DNA of 49,483 nucleotides, the filler included, from Dimargaris cristalligena (lineage: Eukaryota): NCBI GenBank assembly GCA_003614675.1. It is 2 parts of 2 records of this genome, joined end to end, with 100 filler letters (N's around TTAATTAATTAA, not from the genome) between each part and the next. Parts side by side here need not be neighbours in the genome. Positions count along the whole stretch, not along the records: positions 24,795 to 49,483 come from ML002579.1; 1 more part is not named here. One strand, given 5' to 3'. This document shows, piece by piece, positions 25,001 to 38,600 of this stretch. How positions within the stretch are numbered: the first letter of the stretch is position 1; every line of letters starts with the position of its first letter. A program made the translations under genes and the position numbers. Under the pieces are notes generated by a model, which saw only the letters and a program-made list of their open reading frames with translations, searched no databases and had not been told where the DNA came from.

Positions 25001-26560
25001 TAAGTGCAAAAAATGCATTAAAAATAAAAGTAAGTAAAAAATGTGGTAAGTTTACTATAGTGGGTTATATAGTTGAGGGAGGGGTAATATGGCACTATAA
25101 GGCAATAAGATGGGATGATCAGTGTTCTATATTTAGGAAGGATTAGGTGGGCTGACACTTTAGTTATTGATTTATATTTTTTAGTCATTCCTATTCTTCC
25201 CCTGCCCCTTGTATTTGAATATAACCCCACCTGTTTCCCAAATAGCTTACTCTTTAGCTTATAACTTTCCTTTCATTTTATTCATTCTGATAATTTATTT
25301 AATAAACCTATTCTTGTCCCTTTAAGTTCTATCTGTCCTATGGTACCTGGCCTTATCACCAGCCCATTGTAATAAAGAGGTGGAGTCCAGAAGGGGAAGG
25401 GTTATATAGTATAGGATGATCCTATAGTACCAGGGGTAGCCATGGGAAGGTTTAATATGGCACAATAAGGCCTAATAGAGATAGATACTAAGGTATCTGG
25501 ATTAAGGAGGATTAGATAGCCTGATAGGGTTAGAAGTAACAGTATATAAATATAGTATTATAGCTATAATCATATTACATGACTAAAATAAGATGTTTAT
25601 TGAAAAAAAATAGGAGAAAGAGAAATAAGGTTTTATATATTTGGGGGATACATTGTTAAGCTAATGGAGTTAGGCACTCCTGATAGGGAATATTTGTTCC
25701 TGGCAGTAAGTCATATAATAAATCTTAACTGAAATCTTTTTCTGTGGAAATTCCAGTGGATACTTTATACAAGACTATAAAACTATAAACATTATAGCAA
25801 ACTTTTGCCTTATAAAATATGGGTATTCTGCAATATATATATTGCCATCTATTATTCTGTGTTAACTGGGTTAGCCACTCTTAGTTTATCAAGAGTCCCA
25901 GAAATAGGCTTCTGGAACTAACTAAGGGGAATGTAGGGTTGGTATACTAGCATAAGCAACAGGTGCTCAGATAATAACTAATAAAAGTAAGGCCAAATAA
26001 GCAAAGACCTCATAGATTAATACACACCTATAGTTAATATATAAAGGATGTAAGTATATATAGTATTTATTAAATAAATTGGGGGGGGGGATAATAGGCT
26101 AAGGAACTAATAGGTCCCAATAGGGCCCTACTATATATATACTATAATAACTCCTGAGGGAATATCTAAGGAGGAATGCTATTAAGACTAATAAATAGGT
26201 AAATAGCTTATCTAGGAGCTATTTATATCTGGAAGAATCTAATGGTAACTTAAATATCCTTAAGGTTAGCCCTTAAGTAAGTAATATGAAGGTAGGGTCC
26301 GGGCTAAAGATGATATATAGTAATAAATAATGATCCCATTGCTCTGGGTGTAGTTATGGTAAAGGTAATATGCCATACTAGGACCTGATATATTCACAAT
26401 AAACCAGGCTAGATTGAGGTTGGTTAGTGGGGGTAATAATGAGCTAATAATATTGAGAAGGTGAAATAATGCATGAGTGACATAGCTTCAGATGGGAAAA
26501 TGAAAACTATAAATTAATAGTGTTTTGGATAAATAGTATCTGGGCACAAGTAATTGAAAC
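25001..26560. repeat. CpG-depleted, TpA-rich degenerate tract, probably a mutated repeat or duplicated segment
   Basis: No CG dinucleotide found by eye in 25001-26299 and only one more before 26560, whereas CG is common elsewhere in the window. No long ORF. Lies at a contig end. Confidence 0.55.
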
Positions 26561-26699
26561 ATCACATCCGGCAGTCAATAAGATTTGGCTTTAGATCTGA
26601 GTACAGGGAGGCTACTGGTGACAAATAGGAAAATCTTCTTGGTGGAATTTCCCTGCAATTACTGTGAAACTGCCAGCCATCCAAAGAACACTAATTGCA

Positions 26700-29600
26700 T
26701 TAACTAGTTTCTGGGGATGATTCATATCCACCATCTTCATTGAAATCAAAGGTATCAATGGCAGCTGATTGAGCCACAGCTAACTTCGCTAAATGATAAA
26801 TAGTGTTTTGGCGGTTGATATCAGCCAATACCAGGTTTAGATTTAGGTGGCGACAGCGAGACACCAGCTGGATAGCGGTGAGAGAGTTACCTCCAAGCTG
26901 GAAGAATGTACCACCCAGAGAAACTGCCGACGACTCAACATCAAGCACTTCGGCCACCAAGGCAACCATCTTAGCCTCAGCCTGAGTGTACTCCTGTATG
27001 GCCCCTACCGATTCACTCAAGGTAAAGTCATACTTGGGCAGGGCCTTTCTATCGATTTTGCCCACACGAGTCAGGGGCCAGGTCGAAAGTTCCACAAGGA
27101 CAGAGGGGACCATATAAGGTGGGAGTCGGGTTCGCAGTGAATCCAAAATGGTGGCTGTTTGGCCCGTGGGGGGAACGACGTAGCCCACTAAATGGGCATT
27201 CCCTTGAAGTATTGCGCACGCCTGCTCTACCAAGGGGTGTCCTTCCAGGGCACTTTCAATTTCCCCTAGTTCGATTCGGAATCCTCGCAGTTTGACCTGG
27301 TTGTCAATTCGGCCCAGGTATTCAACCTGGCCGTTGGGTAGCCAGCGCGCCAAATCACCAGACTGGTAGATACGCTCATCCGTCAAGGGGTAAGTGATGA
27401 ATTTCTCTTGGGTAAGTTCGGGCTGGTTAAGATAGCCTCGGGCCACTCCTGTGCCTCCCAGGTAAAGTTGACCAGTGGCCCCAATGGGTACGGGCCGTAA
27501 CTTGGAGTCAAGAATGAAGCAGGTGGCATTGGGGCCAGGGCTACCCACGGAAATTGTATGACCGGGAAAAAGTCGAGTAAAATGGGTGGCAATAGTACAC
27601 TCTGTAGGACCGTATAAGTTGAAAAGATCCACCGCAGCTCCCCAGACTTGAACAGTACTGGAGGTAAGAACATCCCCTCCGACCACCACCCGTTTAAGCC
27701 GAGGAAAATCGAGAGGGGTAAAGCTACTAAGGAGCGAAGGTACCATGTAGGCCTGGGTGACCTTTTGTAGAGTCGCTTCAAAATCGCCGGTGTGGATCAA
27801 TGACGTACCACCGAAAGACAAGGTAGACCATATCTCGAGAATGGACATGTCAAATGTAGGAGTAGCAATGACAGGTACTATCACATCTTGATTGGTGACA
27901 AAGGCGGCACCGAACCCCCGTATGAAACTGGATACTGAGCCTTGCTCAATCATGACCCCCTTGGGAGTCCCCGTGGAGCCAGAGGTGTATACCACGTAAG
28001 CCAGGCTCGAGGGACTAACAGTTGCATACCCGGCTGGTGTAGGTTGGGCATCATTCAATAGGGAAATTCCATCCACGGGAACTATCGGGATTGGGCTGTC
28101 CTCCCAATCGGCAAGATGTTCCGGTCGTCCTAATAGAGCAATACTCTGGGTATCCTTAAGAATAAAGTGTTTGCGATCAGTGGGGTATTCAGGTACAAGG
28201 CAGACAAAAGCTGCCCCAGATTTCCAGATGGCTAGTTGACAAATGATTAGTTCAACGGACTGATTAGCCAGAATGGCAATGATATGATCAGGGCCACAAT
28301 CAGTCAATTGTTTGATGGTGTCAGCCAGGCGGTCGGCAGCAGCATTTAATTGGGCATAGGTAAACTGATGGTTCCCCTGCACTAGGGCGATAAGGTCGGG
28401 AGCCGACTGGGCTAGCCGCTGGAAGGAAGCGTGCACAGGCTCATTTGGAAGCGGTTGGTCATTGGTGGCGAATGTCTGTAACAGTTCCTGGCGTTCAGCT
28501 GCTGAGAATAATTCAACATCACCAAAACTGGTAAGTGGGTCCATATTAATCATCGACCTAACAGCCTGGGAGAAATGGTCAGCGAACCGCGCTGCAAACG
28601 TGTCCCCAAAATCTAGGCGACGGTAGGTTAGATTGTACTTCAATTCGTCACCATCGGTGTACACGGCAATGGCTAAAGCATAGTCTGTGGGATCCCAACC
28701 CCCGGAAACCTCAATTTGAATGGGTAAAGTGGGGTCGGTGGGGGGTTCAGGATAATTCTCCAGGACAAAGAGTATATTGAAAAGGGGCTGCTCAGAACTC
28801 AGACCACTCCAGCGGTGTATATCCGTCAAGCGACAGTGCTCATAATCGTACATGACCACACTATTGGCATGAACATTCTGGAGGACCTGCTGTACGGAAA
28901 GGTTAGTTCCGAGTGGGATGCAGCAAGGTACTGTGTTAATACACAATCCCACCATGTTCTCAATACCGTCCAAGGGCACGTTCCGGCCAGAGACAATTGT
29001 ACCAAAGACGGGGTTATCCGATCCGGTATAGCGCTGTAGGACGGCAGCCAGGCTGGCCCGAAGCACGGAAGACATGGTGACTTCCAGATTTTGGGCGAAT
29101 TTCTCTACTGATGTCAGGTTGCTGATGGTCCCCAAAACTCGGCCATAATACTCCGGGTCATTGGGGTGAATATCCCCAGCAAGTTGGTGGTGGGGTTCGG
29201 TCAGCAGACTCGGGGCCTCCACATCGGCAAACTGGTCAGCCCAAAAGGATTGGGCGGTTTCCTGGTCCTTGGCCAATACATGGGTCACAAACTCCTTGAA
29301 AGGCAGGTGGGGGGCCGCGGCTGGAGTCCGTTCACTATAGTACTGCAATACAGAGTTGATTAAGGGGCCATTAGACCACCCATCCAGAATGGCGTGGTGG
29401 ACCGATATGATAAAACTGTGCCGTTGGTTGTCGATTTGGAATAAGCCCAGCCGTACCATAGGCTCCTGTGGGGGGAAGCCAGTCAGTCGTTCGCTCTGGA
29501 TATGATGGGCCTCAAGGGTCGCAATATCGCCGCCTTGCCAGTCTCCAATGATCCACTGGGGATTGAAGGATTTGGTCACGACCTGGAGGTTCCGGTTTGC

Positions 29601-32600
29601 CTGGCTACCGGCCCCCATAATGAATCGGGTCCGCAGAATGGTATACACATCCGCTGCTTGAATCCACGCCTGTTGGAACCGAGGGATATCTAGACTACCG
29701 CTAATCGTGAATGTCAGCTGGACCATGTAGGCGGAATGGTCCTGTAAAGTGGCGAACAGCAAGCCCTCTTGGAGTGGCAAACAGGGATATATATCTTCAA
29801 TATCTGCAGTGGTGAGTTTCAAGGGGAGTAGTTCATTGTCAACTACCTTGGCGAAATCACCCTCAGTCAGGCACACAAGGGGGAAATCACTAGTGGTGAC
29901 AATGGAAGGCGCCTCGTTAGAATGGCATGCATGGATGAGGTTCTCGAGGATTGCCCGCCAACTATCGACTAATTTCTGAATGGTGCTCATGTGGTGTAAT
30001 TCATTGGAGAATGTTACACTGAGTATCAGCCCAGTTTTGGCATCATAGTCACACGCTACACTGAGGACCTGGTTAAAATGCTCATTTTTACTCCAATCGT
30101 CTGTCCAATTGGCATTCATATTCCGAGCTTTCCAGAATGCATCAGGAGATTCGAGGTTCTCAAACCGCCCCGAGTAATTAAAAACAATGCGGTTCCAGTC
30201 TGTAAAGGATGTTGGTGAAATACCCTGGGCCTCTTGGTTGGAATAGGGTGTTGTATGCGATGGGAAACCCTTGAGGTACCGAAGGAGACTATAGGGAAGG
30301 CCGTGGTTAGGGACCGACCTGAGTCGCTGTTTGGTCAAAGCAAGCACTTCTAAATCGGATCCGACATACGAATAATCATGTTGGCGAGTAAGATCAAATT
30401 CCACAGGATAAATGGAAGTAAACCAACCCACGGTCCGTGATATATCAATCGATGGGTCCCAGGGCCGACGACCATGTCCCTCCATTTCCAACTTCACCTT
30501 GGAAATGTTAAATGTGGATTGAAGAGCGAGTAGCAAAGATGCCACAAGAAACTCCTGAGGTGATACTCCTGCAGCAGGGGCTATCTTAGCGTACAGATCC
30601 TCAGATAATGGGCAGCCTAATGCAGTTCGAATAAACTGGGCCGAGTGATAGGTGACCGGTGGGTGTTCCCCGAATTCGTTGGGTGGTGGGAGTCGGTAGT
30701 CTAGGGGAATACCCTGGGCGGGATCGAAGGGGGAAACATCGGGCCACACTGAGTCAGATAGGGTCTGGCTATAGGCGTGGATCTTAGTAGCCCACTCTCG
30801 GAATGGTGTAGTTTTGCCAGGCAGGGGTTGATTAGTGAGTAAGGCCTCCAGGTCCTCAAGGATAATGCGCCAGGAAATGAAATCCACCGTAAAGTGATGG
30901 ATGGTGAGGTAGAGATGCTGTTGGCCATTGAGTATCAACAGACCGCAGCCCAGAATAGGGCCACATTCAATGGAAATCTTCTGTTGCATTTGGCTAACCC
31001 AAGTGGGATATTGGTCCTGGACAATTGTTGCTGTTTCCATGACCACGAAGCGGTCCAGCCAGCCTGGAGAGTCAACTGGAGCGGGCAGAACCTGCTGATG
31101 CCAATGGTCTTTGATACGTGTGAGTTGGACCCGCATCATATCGTGGTGGGTGAAGAGAGCCATTAAGGCGGCCCTAACAGTTTCCTGGGACAGTTCTTGG
31201 CAACACTGGATTAACGTAGACTGGTTAAATTGGTTAATGAATTGGTACTCCTCCAAAGCGTAGCGTTGGACGGCGGTGAAGGGCACTGGCCCAACTGGGT
31301 CCAGGTATTCGACAGGAAGTGCATCATCCAAAACCATGAGATGGGCGTGCTGCTCCATGACCGAAAGCCGTGGGTACTTGAGAATATCAGCCACCGAAAG
31401 GTGCAGGCCAAGGCGTTTACACCGGTTGGAGAACTGGATGGCTGAAATGGAATCACCACCGAGCTGAAGGAAAGAGTCAGTAGGTATGACCCGCTGAGGT
31501 TTTATATTAAGGGCACTGGCCAGGGCTTCCCGCATGAGCAAAAACACCCAGGAGTGGTTCTCGATATCGGATGCCGTATCAGGGTCGACGGCGGGTAGTG
31601 GTAAGGCTTGTAGTGCCTTTCGGTCTGCCTTACCTACCGCAGTCAATGGGATATGATCCAAGGTGACAATAAAATTGGGGACCATATAAGGAGGCAGCTT
31701 CTGAGCCAATTGGTGGTGCAGAATCGAGATATCGACACCCGCAGGTGCCACGTACAGTACGAGTTGCTTCTGCGTGACACAGGCCACTGCATTGGATACA
31801 CCTCCGACCGATGACACGGTGTTTTCGATTTCACCTAATTCAATACGATATCCACGCAACTTGATTTGGAAGTCCTTGCGCGAGATGAACTGAACCCGGC
31901 CATCAGGTAACCAGCAGACTAAATCGCCCGACCGGTACAGTTTACCAGGCCCAAAGGGGTTAGGAATAAAGGCTTTGGCCGTAAGTTCAGGCTGTTTCCA
32001 GTATCCCTCGGTAACCCCGATGCCACCGATACACAGCTCCCCAGGAACACCAATAGGCACCGGGCGGAGTTTGTTGTCGAGAATATAGCCCTGTACATTG
32101 GGGAGTGGGCGACCAATTGTTACTGGGTATCCCAGTTGAATTCGATCGGCATGGCTCACAATGGTAATTTCGGTTGGGCCGCATACGTTAAATAAATGGA
32201 CCCGGGGGCACCAGTTATAAGCCACACTCGATGGCAAAGCCTCCCCGGCAGCCACAACCTTAGTGAGGTTAGGGAAATCAACGGGATCAAGGGTGGCCAG
32301 CACTGATGGGATAAGAACGCATGTGTTGACTTTGCCAAGTCGGTCAATCATGTCACCATCCTGGAGCACCAAGGTACCCCCGGAATGGAAGGCGCCGAAT
32401 ATTTCAATCAGGCAGCCGTCAAAGGAGATGTTCATAAGCTGCAGGAACCGACAGTCCGAGTCCAATTCCATAAGTTTGCAATTGGCCATGGTATAGTTCA
32501 CCAGAGATTCGTGGCGAACAGGAACGCCCTTGGGTCGACCGGTGGTACCCGAGGTGAACACAATATAGGCCAAATCGGAGGAGGTTCTAGTATGGTCGGG

Positions 32601-35600
32601 CTGGAAGGAGGGGTTTCCAGGTGCTTGGTGGTCAACAGTATCAACAAGACAAAAGCGAGTGTTATCTATCGAAATCCTCTCCAGGATCATCACCAAATGC
32701 CCGGTCGTAGTTAACAACCAAGCATCATCGAGTTGGGAAATCGTATACTCAAGGCGATCGAGTGAATTGGATAAGTCCATCGGAACGCATACGCCGCCTG
32801 CCAGGAGCACCCCTAGGTAGCTAAATATGAATTCGGCAGAGCGAGTGAATAGCAGGGCGGCCAAATTTCCGGGTTGGAACCCCTGGCTCTGAAGGGCCGA
32901 GGCAATGGAACGAGCGCGACAATACACCTCGGCATAGGTAAATTTGTGTATGGAGGTTTCAAGGGCGATGGCATCGGGGTGGGTGGCGATGTGTTGGGTA
33001 AACAGTTGGTGGGCCAGCCAGTGGCACTGGGGAAACTCACAACGGGGACCTTCCGACCATTGCCGGACCAGCCGGGCTTCCTCTGAGGGTAGGCTCATTA
33101 AATCCCCTACCAAACCGCCTGGCTGACTGACCATGGTTGACAAACAGTGGTCTAGGAACTGGCACAGGAATTTGGCATAGGTTTTATCGCAGTAGGTGGA
33201 TTTATAAACCAGGAGGTAATTAAGTCCGTCGCTGGTATCCGCAAAACTGAGGGTGTAGGCATATTCGGTATAATTCTGCCCATCCCGAGGTTGAATGGTA
33301 ATCTCAGCCTTAGAAGTGGGTACTGTTGCTGCCGGGAAATTATCATATACCACAAGTGAGTTGAAAGGCCGGGCCTCAGGGTTGGCCTGAGTCCATTTAC
33401 GAATATCCAAAAGACTGCAGTGCTCATACGCAGCCATATCAATGAAGAGTTGATTAACACCCTGGATGAACCCTGAAACCGTCTGCGTATAATCAAGTTG
33501 TACCCTAATGGGAAGGGTATTAATGGACATACCCACCATACCTTCAATCCCCGGAATAGGAACATTGCGGCCTGAGGTTAGGCCACCAAAAGTAACTTCC
33601 TGGGTCTCGTTAAGGTAATGGGCGAGGGTAAGGGCCCAGGTACTGCGTAATAGGGCGTTGAGGGTGACTTTCTGCTCGCGGCAGAAGGTTCGAAGGGCCA
33701 ACTGGCTCACTGATATTGCAGACTGATAGCTACCAAACTCAGACGGAGGAGCCTGTGGTTGGTGAATAGGGAACTGGATGGCCGGGGTGGGAATAGCCCC
33801 CGCGAGGTTGGCGGACCAGAAGCTCTCTAAATTCGATTGGTTCAGAGTCTGTAAATGGGCGATATAGGCCGAGAAGGGGGTACCAGGTGGGGATGAGCCA
33901 TGGTGGTACAGCTCGAGAATTTCGCCAAAGATGATGTTCTGTGACCAAGCATCCAGTACAGCGTGGTGGAAGGTGAAGAAGCAGAGGTGATGGTCGGAGT
34001 CCATAGTGTACAAGGTGAATCGAAGCAACGGCCCTCGGAAATCGAACCCCCGCTGGCGGTCTTTGGCAAAATAAGCTGTTTCAAGCTTGGACATATCCTC
34101 AACAGTACCCAAAGTCCGAGTACTCCATTCAATGTCACAATCGCGGGTAACCACTTGCAGGAATGCATGGCCAGGCATAGTGTCAGTCTGGAAAAACTTG
34201 GTACGTAAAGTAGCATGTTTCTGCGCGACTTCGACCCAGGCCTGGTAAAACCGGTTGACATCTAGAAGACCATCTACAACGAAAGATTGCTGAACCATAT
34301 ATGCCGATGGGTCCTTCAGGGTATTAATTAGGAACCCAAGCTGGAGGCTGGACACTGGTAGGACATCCACGATGTCATTTTTATCGACCCCAATCTGCTT
34401 AGCAATTTCTTGGGTCAGGGTATCTCGTAACTGTGGCTCTGCTTCGAGCCCAATAAGAGAGAAATTTAAGTATGTTTTTTCAAGGCCATTGCAGTCGGCG
34501 AGGGACTGACTCTCCAGAATTCCGGCCAACTCTAGCACATTTCGGGCCTGCAAAATCTGGCTGATCGACAGTAACCAGCCCCGACTGCGGCACATTGATG
34601 AAAAGCGAATAGCCATGATCGAATCCCCCCCTAAGCGCAGGAACGACGCTGAAGGTGTAATACAAGATGGGGAGATCTCGAATATGCCGGCTAGGAGTTC
34701 CTGAACAGCAATAAAAGTGGCAGTTAGGATGGTAGGGCCCATTTCTAGGGGATCATCCAGAGGTAGTGGTCGGGCCTGAAGTGCCTTGCGATCAGCTTTA
34801 CCCACCGTGGTCAGAGGTATGAGGTCCAACCCAACAATAAAATTGGGCACCATGTAGGTCGGTAGTTTGGTCGTAAGATGGGCCCAAAGTTCTGCCGTGT
34901 CAATATTATTAGGGCTTACATACAGAACCAACCGTGTCTCTATCACACAAGCCACAGCCCCCGTAACACCCTCCACATAACGGCTGGTGTTTTCAATTTC
35001 ACCCAACTCAATTCGGTAGCCACGCAGTTTGACCTGAAAGTCTTTGCGGCAAAGGTAATGTACGGTGCCATTGGGGAGCCAGCATGCAAGGTCGCCTGTC
35101 CGGTAAAGATTACCAGCCCCAAAAGGGTTGGGCAGAAAGGCCTGGGCGGTTAGGTGTGGTTGCTTCCAGTACCCGTCACTAATTCCGATGCCACCCAGGC
35201 AGAGTTCCCCCGGTACACCAATTGGGACCGGTCGCAATTGGTCATCCAGAATATAACCCTCGTAGTTGGCCAACGCTCGGCCGATTGTGACAGGCTCAGC
35301 TGGCTGTACTGAGTAGCTATGGCTGCTTATTGACGCCTCAGTCGGCCCGTAATTGTTGTATAGCCGGACATGGGTGCACCAGCGTTGAGCCACATTGCTG
35401 GGAAGCGGCTCACCGGATACTGCCACCTGGGAGAGGTTAGGGAAATCCTGGGGATCGAGGGCAGCCAGAATTGACGGAATCAAACAACAGGTAGTGACCC
35501 GCTTTAAGGTGTCAATGATATTACCGTCTTGTAGCACTAGAGTGCCCCCGGCGTGAAATACACCAAAAATCTCATTGACGCATACGTCAAAGGAGATGTT

Positions 35601-38600
35601 CATGGCCTGAAGCATACGGGCAGAGGTGTCCAGCTGCATCACCTGGTCATAGGCCAATATATAGTTTAACAGGGATTCGTGGCGAATAGGTACTCCCTTG
35701 GGCCGGCCTGTAGTTCCTGAAGTGAACAGAATGTACATGAGATCCGATGATTGGCGGGAGGTGTCCGGTTGGAAATCCGATGTGGGCATTGAATCGAACG
35801 GTACGTCATTGGCGACTAGGACCCGAGATTGAATGACACCCAATTCGTCGAATGCAGTTTGTTGATAAACTGCCGTAGTAACTAGCCATGCATTTTCTAA
35901 CACTCCAATTGTATACCTCAGGCGATCAAGAGCATTGGTGGCATCCATGGGGATACAAACACCCCCGGCCAATTGAACGCCCAAGTAACTAAAAATAAAT
36001 TCAGCCGATCGGGTGAACAATAGGGCAGCAAAATCCCCAGGCTGAAAACCCTGTTTCTGGAGGGCAAGGGCCATACAGGCGCTATGGTGGTACACTTCGG
36101 CATAGGTGAACTTTTGATCGGAGGTCTCTAGAGCAATAGAATCGGGTCGGGTGGGAAGGTGCTGGGTGAAAAGTTGGTAAGCCAACCAGTTACCCTGGGG
36201 GAACTGGTAGCGGGGGCCCACGGACCACTCCTGTACCAAACAAGCTTCATCGGATGGAATACTCATAAGATCCTGTAGGGTACTTGTCGGCTGGTCAACC
36301 ATTAATGCGATACAGTGATCCATGAACTGGACCATAGATCTGGCGTATGCCTGATTGCAGTGGGAAGATTTATACTGCAAATTGCAGATAAGCTGGCCAT
36401 GGTGGTCAGAAAAAGTGGTAGTATAAGCGTACTCTACAAAATTTTGACTAGCGCGAAGTTCAAATCCAATATCCGGATTCTTGATGGAGGTTTGCGATCC
36501 AGGATAACTGAAATAGACCATGAGCGAATCGAACAATTGAACCTCGGGATCGACGTGGGCCCATCGGTTGATGTCAATTAGGCCACATTGCTCGTAATCA
36601 GTCATCTTGAAGGATAGCTCATTGATCTGTCGTATATATTGTGAAACCGACAGATTCATATCCAAATGAACTCTGACTGGGAGCGTATTAATCGCCATAC
36701 CTACCATTCCCTCGATACCCGCAACAGGCACATTACGACCAGAGGTAAGTCCCCCGAATGTAACCTCCTGTGATTCGCTGAGGTACCAGGATAGGGTCAA
36801 TGCCCAAACGCTACGCAATAGGGAGTTGAGGGTAATCTGCTGGTTACGGCAGAATAGCTGCAGGGTAGGCAAATCGGTGGACAGTGGAGTACCGTAGGTA
36901 TCATATTCTGTAGATGGGGCATCGGTAGAAAACACGGGGAACTTTACGGCCAGCGTCGGTTTGGCCGCCTCTAAGTTATCTTTCCAAAACTGTTGTAGTT
37001 TGGTTTGGTCTGAGGACTGGAGGTGGGCAATATAGTCGGTAAATTGGGTGCATGGGGCCAAATCTGCACCATGGTATATATCAACAAGTTCAGCCAAGGC
37101 GATATTTTGTGACCAGGCGTCGAGGAGAGCATGATGAAAAGTGAAGAAGCACAGGTGTTGGTCGCTGTCGGCAGATGTGCGATACAGGGCCATCCGTAGC
37201 AACGGCCCATCGAAAGTAAACCCACGTTGGCGATCCGCAGCAAAATAAGACTTCTCCAGCTGTTTCAAGTCGCTGTCAACTCCTTCAGTAACCACTGTCC
37301 ACTCGATATCGCATTGGCGACCAACCACCTGGACGAAGGTGTGATCCGAAATAGAGGGCAACTGCATAAATTTGGTACGGAGAATGCTGTGACGCTGCGC
37401 TAGCTGGTGCCAGACCTGCCGAAGTCGGTCAGTGTCGAGAGGGCCTGATAGCACCAACGACTCCTGGACCATGTAGGCACTGGGGTCTTTAAGGGTGTTG
37501 ATGAGAAAGCCTAGTTGTAAACTGGAGACTGGTAAAATGTCGACAATATACTCCCGACCGACGTGTAATTCCGACGCAGCCTCCTGGATAACCGAGTCAA
37601 TATTATTCGCTAGCCAATCCGCCGTTCCCAAAAGAGAAAAAGGCTGATAGTTGATGGGTGCGGCATTTTCCGGTGACTGGATTGGTCCAGGGCGTTCAGC
37701 CCCCAAGTCGGCTAGTGCGGTGATGGAAGCCGATTTAAATATCTGGTCGACTGATAGTTGGATACCACGCTCTCGGCACAGCGAAGTTAAGCGGATGGCC
37801 GAGATGGAGTCCCCACCTAGTTTAACAAACGATAGGCCAGGATTAATCTGCTCTAAAGGCAGACTTAAAACATCAGACATGGCCATAGCTAAGGCGTGTA
37901 GAGTTTTACTTGCCGGGGCCGAGGGACTATCGGAGGACTCCGGCTGGTGCTGGTCAACCAGAAAATTAGTGAAGTGGTTCCGAAGGAATTGGACATCACA
38001 CTTGTGATTTGTGGTCAGGGGAACTGTGGGGAGACCCAATATATAGGTGGGTACCATGTAGGACGGTAGGTGGTTTGCCATCACGGACCGAAGATGATCC
38101 TCATCGGCGTGGGTTTCGGGGAACACGTATCCAACTAAAAATGAACCATGGACGAATACGGTGCAGTCCTGGACACCGGGTTGACTCAAAAGGACGCTGC
38201 GAACCTCATCCAACTCGATCCGGAACCCACGGAGTTTAACTTGACTATCAATACGACCCAGACACTCGACCTGGCCATCAGGTAACCACCGGCCCAGATC
38301 ACCCGTATGATACAGCATTCCATCGCCGGTGAAGGGGTTTACTACGAACTTGAAAGTATTGAGATCGGGTCGATTTATGTAGCCCTGACTGACACCAATA
38401 CCGCCGATTACTATTTCACCAATGGCCCCGATAGGAACCAGTTGCATGCTGGGGTCCAAAATGTAACACTCGTACCCAGCCATGGGTCTGCCAACAGGAA
38501 TTGGCCCGGACCGGGGAACTGGGCAGGATAGGCAAACAACAGTAGTTTCAGTTGGACCGAATGCATTGATTATATCGACGTATTCCAACCAGTTGTCGGC

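Noticed and set aside
24795-26699. Missing CobW C-terminal exons downstream of the NRPS, which would mean the NRPS is nested in a CobW intron
   Set aside because: No CobW-like coding remnant, terminal repeat or target-site duplication could be seen.
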